Below are positions 17,654 through 24,454 of a stretch of 64,000 nucleotides of DNA, one piece after another. The stretch comes from a virus. Lineage: Duplodnaviria; Caudoviricetes. Below the pieces are notes generated by a model. The model saw nothing but the letters and a program-made list of their open reading frames with translations. It ran no database searches and had not been told where the DNA came from. Made by a program: the position numbers and the translations under genes. How positions within the stretch are numbered: position 1 is the stretch's first letter; the number at the start of each line of letters is the position of its first letter. The DNA is taken from IMG/VR virus record IMGVR_UViG_3300034420_000109, positions 23,977 through 87,976 of that record. One strand, given 5' to 3'.

Positions 17654-18664
17654 CTACCGGGTGGAAGCCGCAGGATCTGCGGGGTTGGGGTCGAGAGCGA
17701 ACTGCTTACCCGATCCGAGGAGGGCCAGGAGGTAGGCCATGCCCTCGGCGGGGGTGATTCCAGCGTTAACCACGCGGGCCAGCCACTCGGTCATCGAGAA
17801 GGGGGGGCGGGCGTCGAGGATGGCCTGCTTGATGAGTTCCGCCTTGTCTTCAGTCAGGCGAAGACCGGCGGGGATCGAGCCGCCGTCGGCCTGGGGCACC
17901 ATGATCCCAGCAGCGCGCAGGGCGGAGTCGGCATCGGCCGGAGCCGGGGCGCCCTTGAAGGAAGAGAGCAGGTTCAGCGCCACGGAGAGGTCGGTGCCGG
18001 GGCGCATGGCCTTGGCGAAAACCTCAAGGGGAACGGTCGAGACCTGCTGAACGCCAGTGTTGACCGGATTCCTGGAGAAGCCGATGGAGTGCCAGCGTAG
18101 CTTCTTGATGGTGCGGGACCCGTCGGCGCCGTCCTCCCGGCCGCCGGGTAGCAGGGACCCAGCAACCGATGGATACCAAATCGCGGGGGGGCGGACCTGC
18201 AGGGTGTCCCAAAACCAATTGGCGGCGCGCGCGAATTGATTGCCAGGATCGGAGGACTTGAAGATGGCGGCCTTGACCCAGACGCGGGGAATGTCGCCAG
18301 CCTTCCGGGTGATCCGGACATCAAGGGGGCGACCGATTTCACGGGCGTAGGGATTCGAGGGATCCAGCCGGGTCTCGCGGATCATCTGCCAGACGGTGGC
18401 GTGGTCCAGATCGATGCGGCCGTATTTGAGGAAGTAGTCCTTGGAGGTCTCCAGGGCTTCCGCCAGGATCCGCTCGTTCTGCACATCGCGGGCCTCGTTG
18501 GAGGCCTCCATGTAGAGGACGCGCTCGCCACCCTCGATGGCAGGGGTGGCCTTGCAGAACTGGGTGCCGCAGTCGAGGGAGAGGATCGGCGCTTCAGTGG
18601 AGCCCGCGGCCAACCCCACACTCGTGAGGATAGCGGCTGCGTTTTTGAGAACCCCGGTGTCCAT
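17654..18664 (-). CDS. Prohead protease
   Basis: EASNEARDVQNERI...YFLKYGRIDLDH...SVAG...WHSIGFSRNPVN fits SPO1-like prohead proteases; start placed at MDTGVLK (18664). Confidence 0.8.
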   Translation of the reverse strand: MDTGVLKNAAAILTSVGLAAGSTEAPILSLDCGTQFCKATPAIEGGERVLYMEASNEARDVQNERILAEALETSKDYFLKYGRIDLDHATVWQMIRETRLDPSNPYAREIGRPLDVRITRKAGDIPRVWVKAAIFKSSDPGNQFARAANWFWDTLQVRPPAIWYPSVAGSLLPGGREDGADGSRTIKKLRWHSIGFSRNPVNTGVQQVSTVPLEVFAKAMRPGTDLSVALNLLSSFKGAPAPADADSALRAAGIMVPQADGGSIPAGLRLTEDKAELIKQAILDARPPFSMTEWLARVVNAGITPAEGMAYLLALLGSGKQFALDPNPADPAASTR

Positions 18665-18784
18665 GCGACGAAGTATGCCACCCGGGAATTGGCCGATTTC
18701 CAATTGTTGCGGGACCCGCCTTTACTCCAGATTGCACCGCCAAGGGCCGCGGCATGAGAAAATCCGGCATCCCGGGAGGACGCC

Positions 18785-21658
18785 ATGCCCATGCTCCACG
18801 ACGGAATTGATGACTCTGAATCCATCGGCAAGGCTGACGTGGGCCCCCAGGAAGACGAGAACCGAGCGATCCGAGCGAGCATGAAGACCCCCCAGGCACA
18901 CGGCCGCCACGAGTTCCGCGCGGCGAAGTGGACGGCCGGGAACGGACACCCACGGTGCCTGGTGTGCGGGGATGAGGAACCGCAGGGCGGCATGTGCGCC
19001 GGGCTCCACGGCGCCGTCCCCACGAACGGGGACAGCATGGCTCAGGTTGCGAAGGGCGAGCCGTCGGAGGCGCAGCGGCGCGCCGGGAACTACCCCAAGA
19101 CGCACTGGCAGATGCACGGGATGCGGATCGCCATCGAGAACCTCGCCGGGACCACGCGGAGCGGCGTGGACCACAAGGGCGAGCCGTGGTCGGTGGTCAT
19201 GCCCTACCACTACGGATACATCAAGGGCACCGAGGGGGCGGACGGGGACCACCTCGACGTGGCCATCGGGCCGCTCATGGGCCAGGGCACCGAGGCCCAC
19301 ATCATCAACCAGCGCGGGCCGGACGGGGAGTTCGACGAACACAAGGTGTTCATTGGCTACCCCAGCCGTCAGGCAGCCATCAACGCGTTCAGGGAGGGGC
19401 GGAGTGACGACCCTGACGAGGTTATGGGGGCCGTGATCACCGTTCCCATTGACGAGCTGAAGCGGTGGGTTGACGAAGGATGCCTCCAGGAAGAAGCGGT
19501 GCTGAAGGCGGAGACCACGCACGTAAAGGCGCACTACCGGATCCAGAACGGCCGCGTGGTCTACATCCCGAACTACGACCGGGAGGTCCATGGTGACCAC
19601 CCCGAGGCCACCCTTCACCAGCGGACGGTGCTGGGGACGAACACGGCCGGGATCCCGTTCATCCGGGCCACCGATGCCGCGGACAGGGAGAAGGTCCTGG
19701 AGGCGGCCCGGTCCCTTGGGGTGCATCCGGAGACCCAGCGGCCCAGCGGAGCGAATCACCACGGGCGCCAGAATTCCTACCCGACCATGTTCTTTGCCAC
19801 CTACGAGCAGGCCCAGCAGGTCATGGATGCGGTGCGCGCGCGGCACGGAGACGTGGCGCATCCGCACACCACGAGCGCAGCCCCAACCCGGGGGCGCGGT
19901 GGACTGCAGGCGGCGCTGGCGGCCCACAACCAACGGCGAGACGCAACGCGAGCCGCCGTGGTCATCACCTCCGTCCAGGCGGCAGCCCACGAGGAATCAC
20001 CCGATGCGGTGCTGGCGAGTGCCATGGAACGAACTGGCGCCGACGCGGTGCGACGTCGGTTCTTTGGGACGGCCCCGGCGGGAGTCCTCGACCGAAGGGT
20101 CTACCTGGAGAACACCACCCCAGGCCACAACAAGCTCTACGTGATCGACCTCCGACAGGTAGGGGAGGGCCAGTGGGTGGTGAACGCGGGAAACGGGCGA
20201 ATTGACGGCCGGAGCATGACCGTCCGGACGAAGACCGACCGGCCCATGTCCCAGGCCGCAGCCAATGCCCTGGTGAGTCAGATCAAGGCGGAGAAGATGG
20301 GTGGCGGATACGTCTCCGTCGAAGACAGCGCCAGCCCCAGCCGCCGATACAGGTTCACCATGATGGACAATTTCAGCCACCCGATGGTGAACAGCACCAC
20401 TCCCCTCGCAGGGGAGGCGCACCGGGGCCCGGGCGTCTCGGTTCAGACCCCCGCGCGGCCTGCTGCTACACCTGCACCGACCCCAACCAGGGCCCCCACG
20501 CCAGCTGCACCGGCCGCTCCTGCTACACCAGCACCAGCGCGCGCGGCCGGGAGCACGGCGGCCCAATACAGCGCCCTCCGAGAAGCCGCATGGAACGCCG
20601 GGAACGTTGCCCGAAACACGACCGCGGACAACACCCCCGCATCATTCACGGCATCCATGGCCGCCCACCGGGCCCACCTTGCCGCAGAGCAAGTGGCGCG
20701 CGCGCTCGGGATCCCGGAGGCGAGTGACCGTGGCGCCGTGTGGCACAGCAACCGGGCGCAGCACTGGCTCCAGCACGCGAAGCAGCAATGGACCGGGGCC
20801 GTAACCCCAGCCCTTGCCCGCAGCGGGACCAATTCTGCCGTCGCCAATGGGTATGGGTTCGCGGACGCGGTGCGGGCCCTCGAGGGGAGTCAGAACATCC
20901 TGGCCCAGCGCCCCCCGGGGGCAGCCCTTCCGAGCGGAGTCACGGAGGCGAGCTACACCAGCGCGGTGGCCAACCACGACGCCAACCTCAAGTCCCTCCG
21001 AATCGGGCACGAAATTGAACAAGAGATCCGGCCAGGGACCACGCCAGGGGCCCAGGCTGCCGGTGTCACCAGCACGATCATGGACCGGATCACCCGGGGG
21101 ACCATCCCCCACGAGCATGCTGCCCCGGCCACCCGGATCGTCGAATCCATGCAGAATCTCCTCAACGCGGCGAACGCGGCCCGGAACATGGCTGAAGACC
21201 CCGCGGCCGAGCCGGACACGCTGAAGGTGGTCGCTCGCACGGTGGCTGCGATGCACACGGCTGCAACCACGGCGATGACGGCCGCGCCGGAGGCCATTCT
21301 GTGGCGGAATGCCCCGAAACGAGTGGTTGAAGACCTGGCGAAGTTCGGGGAGAAGGCGAAGCGGGAGGCAGACCGCCGGGCAGCCATGCCCCGGAAGTCG
21401 GATCCGCGCTACGCCACCGGGCACGAGCAGCACATGGAGCGCGCGGCCCAGGCGCACTCGGAGGCCGTCGGAACCAACGTGCAGCGGCCGAAGCTGATCC
21501 GAGCCATCGACGCCCACAAGCAGGCGGCCGTCTCGGTCTACCACGCGGCCCTGGCGGCCCCGAAGGGATCCCGAGAGAGGACGCACCTGATGCAGAAGGC
21601 CCAAGAGCACGCCCAGCACGCCCGGGACTTCGTGGGCAAGCTGAATGCGCGGAGGTAG
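18785..21658 (+). CDS. Polyvalent protein 1: Cys knuckle, inorganic-pyrophosphatase-like domain, GANHHGRQ domain, WGR domain and helical C-terminus
   Basis: AGNYPK...IAIEN...HYGYIKGTEGADGDHLDV...FDEHKV (PPase-like); YLENTTPGHNKLYVI...GRIDG...KMGGGY (WGR-like); RBS ggagg. Confidence 0.75.
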   Translation: MPMLHDGIDDSESIGKADVGPQEDENRAIRASMKTPQAHGRHEFRAAKWTAGNGHPRCLVCGDEEPQGGMCAGLHGAVPTNGDSMAQVAKGEPSEAQRRAGNYPKTHWQMHGMRIAIENLAGTTRSGVDHKGEPWSVVMPYHYGYIKGTEGADGDHLDVAIGPLMGQGTEAHIINQRGPDGEFDEHKVFIGYPSRQAAINAFREGRSDDPDEVMGAVITVPIDELKRWVDEGCLQEEAVLKAETTHVKAHYRIQNGRVVYIPNYDREVHGDHPEATLHQRTVLGTNTAGIPFIRATDAADREKVLEAARSLGVHPETQRPSGANHHGRQNSYPTMFFATYEQAQQVMDAVRARHGDVAHPHTTSAAPTRGRGGLQAALAAHNQRRDATRAAVVITSVQAAAHEESPDAVLASAMERTGADAVRRRFFGTAPAGVLDRRVYLENTTPGHNKLYVIDLRQVGEGQWVVNAGNGRIDGRSMTVRTKTDRPMSQAAANALVSQIKAEKMGGGYVSVEDSASPSRRYRFTMMDNFSHPMVNSTTPLAGEAHRGPGVSVQTPARPAATPAPTPTRAPTPAAPAAPATPAPARAAGSTAAQYSALREAAWNAGNVARNTTADNTPASFTASMAAHRAHLAAEQVARALGIPEASDRGAVWHSNRAQHWLQHAKQQWTGAVTPALARSGTNSAVANGYGFADAVRALEGSQNILAQRPPGAALPSGVTEASYTSAVANHDANLKSLRIGHEIEQEIRPGTTPGAQAAGVTSTIMDRITRGTIPHEHAAPATRIVESMQNLLNAANAARNMAEDPAAEPDTLKVVARTVAAMHTAATTAMTAAPEAILWRNAPKRVVEDLAKFGEKAKREADRRAAMPRKSDPRYATGHEQHMERAAQAHSEAVGTNVQRPKLIRAIDAHKQAAVSVYHAALAAPKGSRERTHLMQKAQEHAQHARDFVGKLNARR

Positions 21659-21661
21659 GCC

Positions 21662-23080
21662 ATGGCAGCCGTCGCCGAAAGGCCCGCCACCCATCAAGAG
21701 AAGCGGCACGTAACCGGGCACTACCGGACCCTGCACACGGGGAAGGTGGTCTACGTCCACGATTTCAGCGCCAGCCACGCCATCGCCAGCCACAGCCGGA
21801 GCGCACACCTGCACGAGCGGTCGGTGCTGCTGCAGAACAGGAACTCGATCCGCGTCTCGAACGCGGCGGACCTCCGCGCCATGCAGACGGCCGCGCAGCG
21901 GGAGGGGGTGGAGTTCACCCGCCGCCGGGCAGGGGCGAACCACCACGGGCGCCAGGGGGCATACGACCACCTCGACTTCCAGACCCCCGAGGCGGCCAGC
22001 AGGGTGATGGAGCACGCGCGCCTGGCGTTCGAGGGCCACAACGCCCCCATCGAGGGCCAGGGACCTGCCCAGGAGCCACGCGAACCCCGCGCGCGCGCCG
22101 TCCGACCCCCCGTCCACCCCCAGGCCGACCTTGGGCCCCAGGAGGGGGCAGACAACGGCCCGGACACGGACCCGGCACCTGCGCCTGCAGCCGCCCGCCC
22201 CGCCGCGACCGAGGAGCCCGTGGACGTGGACTCCCAGTTCGCCCGAATCTTTGGTGAGCGCATCGAGACCCCTGCCCCGGACGCGGAAGAGATCGGAGAG
22301 GCCTTCGAGGCCATCTTTGGGAAGCTGCCCAGCATTGAGCCACAGGTCCACGTCGTGAGCGCAGCGGACGCGGGAAGGGTCAGCCAGGCCGGGGGCTTCA
22401 CCGAGGTGACGTTTGACTCGTCGGCGATTCAGATCTGGAACGCCCACATCAAGGTGGATCCAGCAATCCACCTGGTGGAGATCTACAAACACTTCGGGCC
22501 CGGCGGGAGCATGCGAGTTAGCGGCGACGGCGGCAGCGGACTGACCATCACCTACAACAACAGGACCCGCGCCGGGAACTGTGAGATTACCCGGCACTAC
22601 AGCGGCCTCGGAGGCCCCAACTCTGCCGTAAGCCACTCCTATTTCCAGGTGCCATCTGGCAATCAGGGGGAGAACCAGGGCAAAAAGCTGTTTGCAGCGT
22701 CCATGGACTTCTACGAGAAAATCGGCATCAAGAAGATCACCGTCCACGCCAATATCGACATCGGATCCTATGCGTGGGCACGTTACCGATTCGTCCCGAA
22801 CGACGCCCGGCACTTCGGCGTGATTAAAACAGCGGTCGGCAGGTTCAGGCTGGCCCAGACGTGGCTGCGCGACTTCCCTGAATTCAAGCGGGCCATCGAG
22901 GGGGCCGACCCCAAGGGCGCGTGGGTGATCGCGGACCACATCTCGGACCAGATCCGAGCGGGCAAAATGACGAGAGAAGAGAACCCGATGAAGAACCTCC
23001 ACTGGTATGGGCACATCGACATGACGAATGCAGCCCACGTTCGGAAGGTGCGAGAATACGTGGGCAGGGGGGCGGCATGA
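21662..23080 (+). CDS. Polyvalent protein 2 with C-terminal GNAT-fold acetyltransferase domain
   Basis: HSYFQVPSGNQGENQGKKLF...FYEKIGIKKITVHANIDIGSYAWARYRF fits the GNAT motif A/B pattern of phage polyvalent proteins. Confidence 0.65.
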   Translation: MAAVAERPATHQEKRHVTGHYRTLHTGKVVYVHDFSASHAIASHSRSAHLHERSVLLQNRNSIRVSNAADLRAMQTAAQREGVEFTRRRAGANHHGRQGAYDHLDFQTPEAASRVMEHARLAFEGHNAPIEGQGPAQEPREPRARAVRPPVHPQADLGPQEGADNGPDTDPAPAPAAARPAATEEPVDVDSQFARIFGERIETPAPDAEEIGEAFEAIFGKLPSIEPQVHVVSAADAGRVSQAGGFTEVTFDSSAIQIWNAHIKVDPAIHLVEIYKHFGPGGSMRVSGDGGSGLTITYNNRTRAGNCEITRHYSGLGGPNSAVSHSYFQVPSGNQGENQGKKLFAASMDFYEKIGIKKITVHANIDIGSYAWARYRFVPNDARHFGVIKTAVGRFRLAQTWLRDFPEFKRAIEGADPKGAWVIADHISDQIRAGKMTREENPMKNLHWYGHIDMTNAAHVRKVREYVGRGAA

Positions 23081-23271
23081 CCCAGGAGAAGGGCACCGAA
23101 GGGTTCTACCTCGACGAAGAGGGACAGCCGCAGGACCGCGACCTCCACGGGGACTGCCAGCCGGAGAACATGGCCGGGTTCAACCGCGAAATGTGGATCT
23201 GGGGCCTCGAGGCGGGATACGAGCCCGAAGGCTTGACCCGTCTCTACGGCCCCAGGCCCGAAGGCGTCTAG
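23077..23271 (+). CDS. Small acidic protein (64 aa) translationally coupled to the GNAT gene; candidate immunity protein
   Basis: ATGA overlap at 23077-23080; MTQEKGTEGFYLDEEGQPQDRD... is D/E-rich. Confidence 0.6.
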   Translation: MTQEKGTEGFYLDEEGQPQDRDLHGDCQPENMAGFNREMWIWGLEAGYEPEGLTRLYGPRPEGV

Positions 23272-23273
23272 GC

Positions 23274-24320
23274 TTAATCCTCGAGGCGCTGGCCCCAGAG
23301 GCCCCGGCGTTCCACCTGCTGGCGCCGGGGCCTCTTGTTCTTCCGCGTCACCTCGGGCCACGCCTCCTCGCTCCCCCACCGGCTCTGGTTGGGCCGGGAG
23401 AGTTCACGGACGACCATCTCCTCGGGGATCGGCAGGCCGTAGACGCGGCAGGCCTCCCGGAAGGTGTTCAGGTGGAGGGCCAGCACGGGGTCGATGCCGG
23501 TGGAGCCGCCCCGATGGTAGCCGCCCGCCAGGTTCCAGGCCACGGGCAGGGCGAAGTCCTTGCACAACTCGAAGACCATCCGGTCCCGGGCCCGCATTTC
23601 CTCGGTGCTGATGTAGCCACCCAGGGGGTCGCACTCGTGGGGATCGGCGCCAGCCTGGTAGAGCACCACGTCGGGGTGGAAGTCGGCGATTTCCACCAGG
23701 AACTCCCGGACCTTGTCGATGTAGCCGCCGTGCCGCGCCCCGGTCTTTCCGACGGTGCGGTGGAGGATCTGCCCGCCGGGGACCTGAAAGCCACCCTTGG
23801 ACGAGACGGAAGAAGACACATGCCGGAGGATCTCGTCGGTGCCGTCGCCATAGTGGGCATCGCAGTCCAGGATCGCCACCCGGCGGGCCTTCCCCTGGGC
23901 CAGCAGCGCGAGGGCGGTGATGGCGAGGCCATTCAGGGTGCAGAACCCAGAGGCCCGGCTCCAGCCCGCGTGGTGGAACCCGGAGGAGAGGGACACGGCG
24001 GGCATGGTCGGGGTGGCGGCCAGGGCGGCCGAGAGCATGGAGCCGGAGGTGTAGGGGAGCGACCGGGCGACCCGGAGGTCGGCGTTTCCGAAGCCGTTCT
24101 GGGCCTGGCCGGACAGGATCCTCTCTACCCAATGGGCATCGTGGGCCCGGGTGAGTTCGGCGAAGAGGAGGGGGCGGGGGCCCACCACCCGAACCGGGAA
24201 GCGGCGCGCGACCAGGGCCTCGGCGACGATGGCGGGCTTCCCGGCGGACGGGGAGAAGTGGGTCATCCCGGGAACGGCCTGCTTGGGGGAGTAGAAGACG
24301 GGGATCAAGGGGGTGGACAT
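23274..24320 (-). CDS. Zn-dependent histone-deacetylase-family (AcuC/HDAC-like) amidohydrolase
   Basis: SGFHHA, SGFC, LDCDAHYGDG, YQAGADPHECDPLGG and LAGGY keep all catalytic and metal-binding residues. Confidence 0.95.
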   Translation of the reverse strand: MSTPLIPVFYSPKQAVPGMTHFSPSAGKPAIVAEALVARRFPVRVVGPRPLLFAELTRAHDAHWVERILSGQAQNGFGNADLRVARSLPYTSGSMLSAALAATPTMPAVSLSSGFHHAGWSRASGFCTLNGLAITALALLAQGKARRVAILDCDAHYGDGTDEILRHVSSSVSSKGGFQVPGGQILHRTVGKTGARHGGYIDKVREFLVEIADFHPDVVLYQAGADPHECDPLGGYISTEEMRARDRMVFELCKDFALPVAWNLAGGYHRGGSTGIDPVLALHLNTFREACRVYGLPIPEEMVVRELSRPNQSRWGSEEAWPEVTRKNKRPRRQQVERRGLWGQRLED

Positions 24321-24341
24321 TGGGGCTCCTTTGCATTACCC

Positions 24342-24390
24342 ATTATGAGCAAGGCTCACCATTTGTCAAGTCGAAGTGATAAAAATCACT
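24342..24390 (-). promoter_or_regulatory. Sigma70-type promoter of the HDAC gene with an upstream palindromic operator
   Basis: TTGACA (24369-24364) N16 CATAAT (24347-24342); perfect palindrome AGTGAT-AAAA-ATCACT at 24375-24390. Confidence 0.75.
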
Positions 24391-24454
24391 GGACAGGGAA
24401 CACGAGCCCCACCTGGTCAAGTCTGCAAAAATGAGAAGCATCCTGGAGGCGGAG

